Assembly (NCBI GenBank): GCA_964392925.1
Contig: CAYMRP010000003.1
Coordinates: 50,786 to 114,785 of the forward strand
Reading direction: 5' to 3'
Length of the DNA stretch: 64,000 nt
Origin: an uncultured Gammaproteobacteria bacterium
Lineage (GTDB): Bacteria > Patescibacteriota > Microgenomatia > Daviesbacterales > UBA10151
This document shows, piece by piece, positions 27,983-36,891 of this stretch. The notes below the pieces were generated by a model that made no database searches, was not told where the DNA came from, and worked only from the letters and a program-made list of their open reading frames with translations. The translations under genes were made by a program, and so were the position numbers. Each line of letters begins with the position of its first letter. The first letter of the stretch is position 1.

Positions 27983-28566
27983 TGGATAAGACTAGCTGGG
28001 GTCTTTTAGTTCTGGTCTCTATTTTATTTGTTTTATATTTACCGCTTGATTCTCCAAAGAGCTCAGTTTATGATTTTAAATCAGCTATTGATGATTACAT
28101 TCCGCTTTGGACAGGATTTGTAATAATTTACATTTCTTATGCAGTCTACTTAGGTTTTACTTTTTGGTATTTTTATAAAAAAAATAAACCTAGGGATTTA
28201 AATATAATTCTGTCTTCGATTGCGTTGTCCTGCAGCCTGGCTTATTTAGTGTATATCTTTTATCAGAACTCGATTGAAAGGCCGCAAATAATTGAAAGAA
28301 ATATATTCGACTCTGTTTACACACAGATTAATTTATATGTACCGCCATATAATGCTTTTCCTAGTCTGCATGTAGCTATCTCCGCTGTTTGCGCTTTAGG
28401 TTATTTGAGTATTAAATCAAAGTTATTTAAATGGATGGCAACATGGACAATACTAATAATTGCTTCGACAGTTTTGACCAAGCAGCATTATTTTTTGGAT
28501 ATAGTCGGTGGAATTTTTTTAGCAGCTGGCTCATTTTATATAGCTAAAATGTTATTTAGAAAGTGA
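27982..28566 (+). CDS. PAP2-superfamily membrane phosphatase-like protein
   Basis: Multi-TM. PSLH (PSGH-like) and TKQHYFLDIVGG (SRxxxxxHxxxD-like) blocks. 1-nt overlap with the GT2 gene. Confidence 0.45.
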   Translation: MDKTSWGLLVLVSILFVLYLPLDSPKSSVYDFKSAIDDYIPLWTGFVIIYISYAVYLGFTFWYFYKKNKPRDLNIILSSIALSCSLAYLVYIFYQNSIERPQIIERNIFDSVYTQINLYVPPYNAFPSLHVAISAVCALGYLSIKSKLFKWMATWTILIIASTVLTKQHYFLDIVGGIFLAAGSFYIAKMLFRK

Positions 28567-28672
28567 GAGAGGAAGTTAAATCTGATACAATCTGCAGATA
28601 AGAATTTGTGTTTTGTAGTACCTGACTTTTTCAAATCTGTGTTGTTTGAAAAAGAGAAAGAAAATTTAAAGA

Positions 28673-30814
28673 ATGAAACGTTTTGTTTTGGTTGATGGGA
28701 ATGCTTTGCTTCACCGGGCTTATCACGCAACACCTCCTTTGACTACTTCTAAAGGAGAATTGGTGAATGCAGTTTATGGTTTTACAAATATGGTTTTGAA
28801 AGCTTGGGATGACTTAAAGCCTGACTATATTGCAATTGCCTGGGATAGGCGAGCACCGACGTTTCGACATCAAATGTACACTCAATATAAGGCGACCAGA
28901 GGCCCGATGGATGAATCTTTAGGTAACCAATACACAAGAGTGCATGAAGTGATAAAAGCATTAGGGATTCCAGAGTTTGGAGTTGACGGCTATGAGGCAG
29001 ATGATTTAATTGGGACTTTGGCCCGGCAAGTTAAAGAGCAGAACTTAGAGATAGAAACAATAGTTATAACCGGGGACCGGGATATTATGCAAATTATCGA
29101 TAAAACTACAAAAATATTGATGCCAAAGAAAACTTTATCGGACGTAGGACTTTATGGGGAAGAAGAGTTTGAAGCAAAGTATGAATTTAAACCGGTGCAA
29201 ATGATTGATTTTAAAGGATTGGCTGGAGACGCATCTGATAATATTCCGGGAGTTGCAGGTATTGGGGCCGTGACAGCGACAAAATTAATCAAACAGTTTG
29301 GGTCAGTTGAGAAGATTTATTTACCGGAAAACCTCAGTACCTTACCTGAGCGAACTCAAAAACTTTTGGCTGAGGGAGCTGAGTCGGCGATTTTGTCGAA
29401 AACATTGGCAACAATTGACTTAAATTCACCAATTAAACTGGATTTGGAGGGGTGCTTGGTGTCTGATTATAAAAAAGAAAATGTGGTGGAGCTGTTTAAA
29501 GAATTGGAATTTAAATCATTGGTTAATAAATTAACTGGCTCGGCGAAAGACCCTCTTTTGGGTGATGATCAGCTAAATATTCAAGTGCCTAAACCAGAGC
29601 AAAGTCAGCAAACAACAGATCTTGATGCAGAAGTTGATATGGTATTAAAGAAGATGAGTGAGAAAGGAGTTTTGCTTGATATAAAATTTTTGGAGAAAAT
29701 GGGAACTGAACTTAAAACCAGATTGAAGCAGATAGAAGAAGAAATATTCAAAACTGTCGGACATGAGTTTAATTTAAATTCCCCGAAACAGTTATCTGAG
29801 GTTTTATTTGATGATCTAAATCTTCCAGTAATTAAAAAGACTAAAACCGGCAGGAGTACAGATGAGGAAACTTTAAATGAACTTGCTCCGGCTCATCCGA
29901 TGATCCCGCTGCTTTTAGAATACCGTCAGTTATTTAAACTAGTTTCAACATACATAGATGCGCTGCCTAAATCTGTAGCTGAGGATGGCAGGGTTCATTC
30001 AACTTTTAATGTGGAGGGTGCAGCGACTGGTCGATTATCTTCGGCAAATCCAAATTTACAGAATATTCCAATAAGAGGCCAGATGGGCGGGGAGATTAGA
30101 AAAGCATTTATCGCATCTCCTGGAAAAGTTTTGCTGGGGGCAGATTATTCACAGGTGGAACTCAGGATACTAGCTGATGTATCTGAGGATGAGAATCTTA
30201 TCCAAGCTTTTAGAGACGGACTGGATATTCATACAGCAACAGCGGCAAAAATATTTAATGTTTCGGTTGAGGAAGTTAATAAAGAACAGCGGGTAGTTGG
30301 TAAGACGATGAATTTTGCGACTTTATATGGACAAGGTCCGAGAGCATTATCAAAACAGTTAAAGATAGATACTCAAACTGCAAAAAATTATATTGATGAT
30401 TATTTTTTGCAGTTCTCTAAAGTTAGAAATTGGATGAGTCAAACTTTGGAACTTGGGAAAAAGAATGGTTATGTTGAAACTATTTGGGGGAGACGAAGAT
30501 ATATTCCGGAACTGAATATGCAAAACAAAATGCTGCAATCGTTTGGAGAAAGAGCAGCGATTAACCACCCGATTCAGGGAACGAGTGCAGATATGATTAA
30601 GAAGGCAATGATTGATATTGATAAAACGGGGAACTTAAATTGTTCACTTATTCTGCAGGTGCACGATGAACTTTTATTTGAATGTGACCCAGATAAAATT
30701 AGTGAATGTGCCGCGATGATAAAAGAAAAAATGGAGGGGGCTATTAAATTAAAAGTTCCAGTTAAGGTTGATTTAAAAACAGGATTAAATTGGGGAGAGA
30801 TGAGCGTTTTGTAA
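28673..30814 (+). CDS. polA: DNA polymerase I (5'-3' exonuclease + polymerase; short form without a clear 3'-5' exo domain)
   Basis: N-terminal FEN-like domain (LVDGNALLHRAYHA…GDASDNIPGV). Pol motif A DYSQVELRILA, motif B RVVGKTMNFATLYG, motif C LQVHDELLFE. 713 aa. Confidence 0.9.
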   Translation: MKRFVLVDGNALLHRAYHATPPLTTSKGELVNAVYGFTNMVLKAWDDLKPDYIAIAWDRRAPTFRHQMYTQYKATRGPMDESLGNQYTRVHEVIKALGIPEFGVDGYEADDLIGTLARQVKEQNLEIETIVITGDRDIMQIIDKTTKILMPKKTLSDVGLYGEEEFEAKYEFKPVQMIDFKGLAGDASDNIPGVAGIGAVTATKLIKQFGSVEKIYLPENLSTLPERTQKLLAEGAESAILSKTLATIDLNSPIKLDLEGCLVSDYKKENVVELFKELEFKSLVNKLTGSAKDPLLGDDQLNIQVPKPEQSQQTTDLDAEVDMVLKKMSEKGVLLDIKFLEKMGTELKTRLKQIEEEIFKTVGHEFNLNSPKQLSEVLFDDLNLPVIKKTKTGRSTDEETLNELAPAHPMIPLLLEYRQLFKLVSTYIDALPKSVAEDGRVHSTFNVEGAATGRLSSANPNLQNIPIRGQMGGEIRKAFIASPGKVLLGADYSQVELRILADVSEDENLIQAFRDGLDIHTATAAKIFNVSVEEVNKEQRVVGKTMNFATLYGQGPRALSKQLKIDTQTAKNYIDDYFLQFSKVRNWMSQTLELGKKNGYVETIWGRRRYIPELNMQNKMLQSFGERAAINHPIQGTSADMIKKAMIDIDKTGNLNCSLILQVHDELLFECDPDKISECAAMIKEKMEGAIKLKVPVKVDLKTGLNWGEMSVL

Positions 30815-31858
30815 TTCTCTCCAAGCATCAATCCATTCGTTGTGGCCCTGGTTTGCATGCCATATCCAATGCTCACTTCCCCAAAGAAGCTGTCGATTGT
30901 AACCTCTTTGAGTAAGCTCTCCGACTAAACTAATCATTCTTTCCGGGTTGGAACTTGGGTAGGTGCGGTTTTTTATATGGACTGCATTATTTGATTCGAA
31001 AGGTTCGGCCTGAACTTCGGTTGCCCAAACTTCTTTGGCCTCATGTTCGGCTGTAACTCTCCAGTCTTCGGCTCTTTTATAATCTGTCTCCCCAGCTGTT
31101 AAATAACCTAAGAAGCGATGAGGAACCTTAGAATAAAAATGAATTCCGACTGAATCAACTAATTCCATATGCTCTGTTAGAATACGTTTTGGATTATCCG
31201 GCATGAACGGCATCTGGCCCAAAGGGAAAGCAAAAGTGGTTAGGGTTTTTTGGCCGGGTTTTTTTTGAACAGCTATTATCTCTAATTCTTTTTTAAGGAG
31301 CTGGGGGCTTTCGGTTACTTTGCCTGCGACTTCGACTTGATTGGCTGATTCATTCCCAGCCTGTAGGTGAGTGATGTTGGGATAGATGTTAAATTCCTCG
31401 AGATTTTGCTGTAATTGGGAGGTTACTTTTTCATAAACTAATTTGTCTTCACCTATGACACTAGGAGCTGTAGTATTTAAATAGGTTTGCAATTCTTGAT
31501 CCGAAAAGAACTCGGGCCAACGGGGATATTTTATGCCGCCCACTGCCAATATAACTTTGATATTTCTGTCTTTTGCTTCTTGGAGTAACCGATGAGTTTC
31601 CTCGACAGGACGAGTAGGGTATGTTGCGAGTCGCAAAGCATCGGGGTTAAGATCAAGAATATTTCGATAAGCGTCGAAGACATTCCCTAATCCTAAGTAA
31701 TCACATTGAACAGGGCTAAAGTTGAGGCCAAGTATTTTTGGACGAATCATTTCATCCCCAGTATACAATCCATGGGTGGTTTCTGTAAAAAGACACGAGC
31801 CAATAACAGCAGTTAACCCCGACTTAATAATTCTCCGCCGCAAATATCGCTCATTCAT
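30785..31858 (-). CDS. Putative glycoside hydrolase (TIM-barrel, GH-A-clan-like)
   Basis: IKVILAVGG strand. HLQAGNES is a candidate acid/base NE. WATEVQAEPF is a candidate nucleophile Glu. Family not assigned. 30-bp convergent overlap with polA. Confidence 0.35.
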   Translation of the reverse strand: MNERYLRRRIIKSGLTAVIGSCLFTETTHGLYTGDEMIRPKILGLNFSPVQCDYLGLGNVFDAYRNILDLNPDALRLATYPTRPVEETHRLLQEAKDRNIKVILAVGGIKYPRWPEFFSDQELQTYLNTTAPSVIGEDKLVYEKVTSQLQQNLEEFNIYPNITHLQAGNESANQVEVAGKVTESPQLLKKELEIIAVQKKPGQKTLTTFAFPLGQMPFMPDNPKRILTEHMELVDSVGIHFYSKVPHRFLGYLTAGETDYKRAEDWRVTAEHEAKEVWATEVQAEPFESNNAVHIKNRTYPSSNPERMISLVGELTQRGYNRQLLWGSEHWIWHANQGHNEWIDAWRELQNAHLSPI

Positions 31859-31931
31859 AGCCCTTAGGAAAAATAGAGTCTAGCAGGAAATGGTATGAAT
31901 CGTTTGACTTTATAACAACGGAATTTTCACC

Positions 31932-32903
31932 CTAAGTTATGATTTTTTTTACAACTCTGGTTTCGCTGGTAAACTTCAAGAATCCGGACTTTTCAAAAAT
32001 GGAGAATATTAAGGAAATAAGCGGGCTGAGAAGAAGAGAAATAAGCCATAAAGTAAAGCTTGTTAAACTGTAGAACATTAAAGCCAGAACAGCAGGTATA
32101 GCGAAGAGATATGGTTTTAATAAATCATCAAGTGAGTTACTGATCTGGGCCTTGATAATGTCTTTTAAATTCGCGCCAGGGACTGAGGGAGTGATAGAAA
32201 CTGCGTTTTTGTTAGGGGAACTGGGAGTAGAGGTTGAGCTGGGAGTGAATTGTTCTAGATCATCAGCTGTCATACCATACTGCTCTAAAATCTGAGGGTT
32301 TTGCTTGAGTAGGTTGAGCTGCTCCTCTGTTAAGGTGGGAAGTTGGGCAAGATATTTTTTGCCCAGAACTGCAGGATTTTGGCCTTTTAAGGATAAATCG
32401 ACTGCCCACTCAATTAATTGATCAGGAACTCTGAAACCTTGGGTTTGGATTACGGAATTGGTGTGTAAAAAGTAGCCAAATGCTAAGGTGAGAAGAATAA
32501 AAGTATTAAGCAGTTTTATGGGTGGGGTTAATAGGGGAGCGGCAGCGAAATTAACATAAGTTTTAAGGTTGGTTTGGAGATTAAAGTACGCCAGGATAAA
32601 GCTGATAAAAAAACCAACAGCTATGACGAGAGCTAAACTTGATTCGAGAAAAGCAAAAGGAGCTAGGGAGGTAATAAATCCTGCCACGAGTGCGAATTTA
32701 AAATCTTGAGTGAGTGTAAGGTAAATGATGAATGTCAATCCGGATAAAAGGATTGTTAAAGCGATTGTGCCCAGCTCTATCAGGCCGCCATAAGGCTTAA
32801 AAAAGATTTCTAAGTAGTTATTAAGAACTGATGTATATAGAAAACAAAGCGTTGAGATTAATAATAGGAGCAGGGGAACAAAGATAATTTTCCTTAGAAG
32901 CAT
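31932..32903 (-). CDS. Hypothetical polytopic membrane protein with Ser/Thr/Pro-rich linker
   Basis: Multiple hydrophobic helices. TPSSTSTPSSPNKNAVSITPSVP linker. No known domain. Confidence 0.4.
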   Translation of the reverse strand: MLLRKIIFVPLLLLLISTLCFLYTSVLNNYLEIFFKPYGGLIELGTIALTILLSGLTFIIYLTLTQDFKFALVAGFITSLAPFAFLESSLALVIAVGFFISFILAYFNLQTNLKTYVNFAAAPLLTPPIKLLNTFILLTLAFGYFLHTNSVIQTQGFRVPDQLIEWAVDLSLKGQNPAVLGKKYLAQLPTLTEEQLNLLKQNPQILEQYGMTADDLEQFTPSSTSTPSSPNKNAVSITPSVPGANLKDIIKAQISNSLDDLLKPYLFAIPAVLALMFYSLTSFTLWLISLLLSPLISLIFSIFEKSGFLKFTSETRVVKKIIT

Positions 32904-32921
32904 AAATTTATATTAGCATTT

Positions 32922-33749
32922 ATGCTATCATTTGACCTAATGAAGACACTAGTTACACATATAAACCCACATCTCGATGACATATCGGCGATATGGATTT
33001 ATAAGAAATTCCATAATGATTTTAAAGATGCTGAAATTGAATTTATTACAGCATCAAGAGATGCTGCTTTAAAAGAAGAAACAGAGGACAAGATATTCCT
33101 GGGAACTGGAGGGGGCATATATGATGAGCATAAGGGAGACTTAGAAGATTGTGCGGCCTCTCTAGTTTGGAAGGATATAAAAGCAAAAGGTTTAGCGCCG
33201 GAGAATGAAGCAGAGCTTAAAGCGCTTGATGAATTAATTGAGTGGAATAGGTTAATTGATTTAGGCAAAGGGACTAATTATGATTTCGGACCGTATTCCG
33301 TTCAGGCATTTATACGTTCAAAAGAATCCACACAAGAGGCCTCGCTTAAATCTTTGGAATTAGGAGAGGAAATTTTAGACAGGATTTTAGAACTACTGAT
33401 TAAAGATAAGCAGTCTGAGAAGGATTGGGAGAATCGGATAGAGTTTGAATCTAAGTTTGGAAAATCTGCAGCAATTGATTCTAAAACTGTCGATAGGTCG
33501 TTTGTGAGAGATAAAGGTTTCGAGATGGTTTTAATGTATGACAGCGAATTTAAATCGGCTCAATTTTTTACACCTTCATTTAGTATCGATCTTGAGCCAA
33601 TTTATAAAAGATTAATTGAAAAAGAGCCAGAATCTGGATGGTTTTTACATCAATCACACCATATGGTTATATGTGGATCATCCTCTGCACCAGAACATAA
33701 TACCAAGCTAACTTTTGAAGAACTTATTGAAATTGCGAAGAGCGTATAA
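32922..33749 (+). CDS. MYG1/UPF0160-family metal-dependent hydrolase-like protein
   Basis: THINPHLDDISAI…FKDAEIEFITASRD…LGTGGGIYDEH parallels MYG1 THNGTFHCDEALA…YRDAEIVRTRD…VDVGGEYDP. Confidence 0.45.
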   Translation: MLSFDLMKTLVTHINPHLDDISAIWIYKKFHNDFKDAEIEFITASRDAALKEETEDKIFLGTGGGIYDEHKGDLEDCAASLVWKDIKAKGLAPENEAELKALDELIEWNRLIDLGKGTNYDFGPYSVQAFIRSKESTQEASLKSLELGEEILDRILELLIKDKQSEKDWENRIEFESKFGKSAAIDSKTVDRSFVRDKGFEMVLMYDSEFKSAQFFTPSFSIDLEPIYKRLIEKEPESGWFLHQSHHMVICGSSSAPEHNTKLTFEELIEIAKSV

Positions 33750-33802
33750 TTGTTGAATTGTTGAATTGTTGAATTGTTGAATTGTTGAATTGTTGAATTG
33801 TT
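33747..33802. repeat. Octanucleotide microsatellite (AATTGTTG)x6 + AATTGTTA in the promoter region of the MBL-fold gene
   Basis: Seven tandem 8-bp units directly read in the sequence, starting at the stop codon of the upstream gene. A related AATTGTTA AATTGTTA run is at 63982-64000. Confidence 0.9.
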
Positions 33803-33822
33803 AGTTGTTTTATGATCAGGTT

Positions 33823-34455
33823 ATGAAAGTCCAAAAATTTCCCCAATCACATTTAGTGATATCTAAGAAAGGCAAAACTTTAATAATTGATCCAGGTTAT
33901 ATAACTTTTGAAAAAGGATTCAAAGTTGAAGATTTTCAAGGAGCTGATGCTTATTTAATTTCTCACCAACATGCTGATCACTTAGGTCCAGAGACTATTA
34001 AGGAAGTCGTAGGCGACAAGCCAGTTTTTGGTAACTATGATGTGGTTGAGAAATTGATAGAGGCGGGAGTTTTGCAGGCAAAAGAAATAAAAGATAAAGA
34101 AGAAATAGAAGCTGCTGGTTTTATAGTAAAAGCGGTAAATCTTCCACATTTTGAAAAACCGGGATTTGAAATGCCACCTAATACGGGGTTTTTAATTGAT
34201 GAAGTATTTTTTCATCCCGGAGACGGAAATATAGCGCCAGGACATTTACATGCAGAGAATGCAGCTGTACCAATCGGAGGATGGACAGTAAGTTTGGATA
34301 GCGCATTAAAATTTTCAAAAGACATTGGAGCAAAAGTCGTAGTGCCGATTCACTATGATTGGTATGAAGCTGACCCGGAAAGATTTAAAGAAATGGCAAA
34401 AACAGAGGGAGTAGAAGTTAGAATATTGAATCATGGGGAGGAGACGGAAATCTGA
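33823..34455 (+). CDS. Metallo-beta-lactamase-fold hydrolase
   Basis: SHQHADHLG (HxHxDH) motif. Start at ATG MKVQKF…; the track offers an alternative TTG at 33805. Confidence 0.7.
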   Translation: MKVQKFPQSHLVISKKGKTLIIDPGYITFEKGFKVEDFQGADAYLISHQHADHLGPETIKEVVGDKPVFGNYDVVEKLIEAGVLQAKEIKDKEEIEAAGFIVKAVNLPHFEKPGFEMPPNTGFLIDEVFFHPGDGNIAPGHLHAENAAVPIGGWTVSLDSALKFSKDIGAKVVVPIHYDWYEADPERFKEMAKTEGVEVRILNHGEETEI

Positions 34456-34480
34456 AGCCTGTTTTTGTTACAATTAACTG

Positions 34481-35611
34481 ATGCGGGTGGCGTTAGTACA
34501 TGATTATCTTCGAGAGTATGGTGGAGCAGAAAGAGTTCTAGAGGCTTTACATGAAATATGGCCGGAAGCGCCAGTTTATACGGCTTATTATAATCCAGCT
34601 AATTTGGGGATTCATGCTAAAAAATTTAAGGGTTGGGATATAAAAACTTCTTTAATTCAGAAGCTGCCGTTTGCTAATAAGCTAATTTCTCCTCTTAGGA
34701 TCATGGCTCCAAAAGTTTTTGAGAGTTTTGATTTATCTGAGTATGATTTAGTAATTTCTTCATGTAATTTATATTTTTCAAAAGCAGTTATAACTCGACC
34801 AGAAACAAGAAACTTGAGTTATATTCATACTCCGCCGAGATATTTATATGGATATACAACGTCATTTAATTATAAAAAACATTGGTGGACGAGAATGATT
34901 GCTGAGACTATGAATCATTTTCTTAGAACTATAGATTTTGAGACTTCGCAAAGACCGGATACATTAATTGCAAATTCAGAAAATGTGGCGAAGAGAATTA
35001 AGAAATTTTATAGAAGAGAGTCTGAGGTGATTTATCCACCAGTTGAGACTGCGGAATTGTTAAAGGTCAAAAAACTTAAAGGCAAATATTTTCTTACTTT
35101 AAACAGATTATCAAGAGGAAAAGGGACGGAGATAGCAATTGCAGCCTGCAGTAAATTGGAACTGCCTTTAAAAGTGGCAAGTACAGGAGGGGAGTTAAGT
35201 AACTTGAAGAAGATTGCTGGAAAATCAATTGAGTTTTTAGGGGAGATATCTGAGGAGGAAAAAGGGAAATTATTTTCTGAAGCGATTGCTCTTATTGCCT
35301 GTAGTGAAGATGAGGATTTTGGAATTACTGTGGTTGAAGCTCAAGCAGCCGGGGTACCGGTTATTGCTGCAAAAGCCGGAGGACATCTGGAAACTGTAAT
35401 TCCAGGTAAGACGGGTGAGTTTTATATGCCGGGATTCTTAGGAGATTTTAATACTTATGTCGACCCAATATCGGTTGACAATTTAATAGATGTTTTGCAA
35501 AAGTTTAGAGCTAGTGATTATAAAGAAGAGGATTTAAGAAAAAATGCGGAGAAGTTTTCAAAGGAGAGTTTTAAGAAGAGTATCCTCAGATTAACAGCAA
35601 ATAGAGACTAA
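34481..35611 (+). CDS. Glycosyltransferase family 4 (GT-B)
   Basis: C-terminal EDFGITVVEAQAAGVPVIA (E-x7-E) and GGHLETV motif. Confidence 0.75.
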   Translation: MRVALVHDYLREYGGAERVLEALHEIWPEAPVYTAYYNPANLGIHAKKFKGWDIKTSLIQKLPFANKLISPLRIMAPKVFESFDLSEYDLVISSCNLYFSKAVITRPETRNLSYIHTPPRYLYGYTTSFNYKKHWWTRMIAETMNHFLRTIDFETSQRPDTLIANSENVAKRIKKFYRRESEVIYPPVETAELLKVKKLKGKYFLTLNRLSRGKGTEIAIAACSKLELPLKVASTGGELSNLKKIAGKSIEFLGEISEEEKGKLFSEAIALIACSEDEDFGITVVEAQAAGVPVIAAKAGGHLETVIPGKTGEFYMPGFLGDFNTYVDPISVDNLIDVLQKFRASDYKEEDLRKNAEKFSKESFKKSILRLTANRD

Positions 35612-35649
35612 TTCTTTAGAGTCAAAGTTTATGCTATGACTAACGATAA

Positions 35650-35985
35650 ATAAGTATTAAAATGGTCTTATGTCTCATGATATTTGGCAGCCAGTAAGCC
35701 ATGACGATCCAAGGCAAACATTTGCAGATTTAACAGATACTTTGAATAAAGAAGCTGCCAGGGAGGTGGCCGTAAGTAAGCTAGTGAGTCCAGTTCGAGC
35801 TGTTGTTGAGTTAATTCCAAAGGTCTTAAGAACAGGAGCAGAAGACCAGCTTTCTCCCAGGGGTAATAAGCGATTATCAGAAATGCATCCTGTAGCTGGA
35901 CCCGAAGGTTCATTCGCCAGGGTAGTAAGTAGGGTTGCGCGCATTTTGCTGGTGCGGAGTACCTCTTCATAGTTTAGAATATCCT
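35650..35985 (+). other. Unassigned ~340-bp GC-elevated intergenic segment; candidate structured ncRNA (identity not determined)
   Basis: 100-codon ORFs are open on both strands (35668-35972). Neither looks proteinaceous. Local GC is clearly above flanking genes. Internal hairpin GGTCTT…AAGACC. I could not find RNase P, tmRNA or SRP conserved blocks by eye. Confidence 0.3.
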
Positions 35986-35987
35986 AC

Positions 35988-36857
35988 ATGCCGGAGTTAC
36001 CTGAAGTTGAGACGATAAAATTGTTTTTGGAGAAAAATATAATAGGTCTGAGAGTGGTGTCTGTTGAAATTTTAAATGTCAAATCATTTCTAGGGAATAC
36101 GAAACTAATCGAGTATAAGGAGATAACTTCGGTTGAGAGAAGGGCAAAGATTTTAAGAATTGGTTTTGACGGTTTGGAATTATTAATACATTTGAAGATG
36201 TCGGGGCAAATAATATTGCGTAAAGGTGCGGCGGCCGTGGGTCAAGAGAAGTTTATTGGTGGCCATCCGACTTTGGATATGTTTGGGGAACTACCAAACA
36301 GGTCTACAAGAGTCATTTTTAATTTGTCTGATGGAGCTATTTTATATTTTAATGATCAGAGGAAGTTTGGGTGGATTAAGTCGGTAACAACTGACCAGTT
36401 AGCAGGGGAAAAGTTTTTTTCAAGTTTGGGGCCGGAGCCTTTAGAGGAGGATTTTAGTTGGGAAATATTAAAACAGAATTTATCGAGACGCAAGAAAACA
36501 GCGGTAAAGGTTGCACTGCTAGATCAGGAGATTGTGGCCGGGATTGGAAATATATACGCTTGTGAGGCTTGTTTTTTGGCGAAGATTGATCCGAGGAAAC
36601 GGATTACAGAGCTGGCGGATGAGGATTATAGAAAACTGCATAAAGCAATTAAAGAATCTTTAGAAAATGGGATTAAATATGGAGGTTCCTCGAAAACACA
36701 TTTTGCAAATCCGGAGGGAAAGAAGGGAGTATTTCTAGATTATGCGTTTGTTTATGGAAGAGATAAACTGCCGTGTAAAAAATGTGGAATCTTGATTAGT
36801 AAAATAAAGCTGGGAGGCCGGGGGACTTTCTTTTGCTCCCAATGTCAGGTTGATTAA
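35988..36857 (+). CDS. mutM: Formamidopyrimidine-DNA glycosylase
   Basis: N-terminal MPELPEVETI (catalytic Pro2/Glu3), H2TH, C-terminal C4 zinc finger CKKCG…CSQCQ. Confidence 0.9.
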   Translation: MPELPEVETIKLFLEKNIIGLRVVSVEILNVKSFLGNTKLIEYKEITSVERRAKILRIGFDGLELLIHLKMSGQIILRKGAAAVGQEKFIGGHPTLDMFGELPNRSTRVIFNLSDGAILYFNDQRKFGWIKSVTTDQLAGEKFFSSLGPEPLEEDFSWEILKQNLSRRKKTAVKVALLDQEIVAGIGNIYACEACFLAKIDPRKRITELADEDYRKLHKAIKESLENGIKYGGSSKTHFANPEGKKGVFLDYAFVYGRDKLPCKKCGILISKIKLGGRGTFFCSQCQVD

Positions 36858-36891
36858 ACTATGCGGCGGGCGTAAAATTCTTTAATTACCT

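Noticed and set aside
33747-33802. Possible CRISPR array
   Set aside because: The unit is only 8 bp with no spacers. It is a simple microsatellite, not a CRISPR.
35668-35972. 100-aa ORFs on both strands (MSHDIWQ… on + and MKRYSAPAK… on -) in the GT4-mutM gap
   Set aside because: Neither translation looks protein-like. Both strands are open simultaneously. There is no start context, and the local GC is shifted. I treated this as a non-coding/ncRNA candidate rather than calling a CDS.
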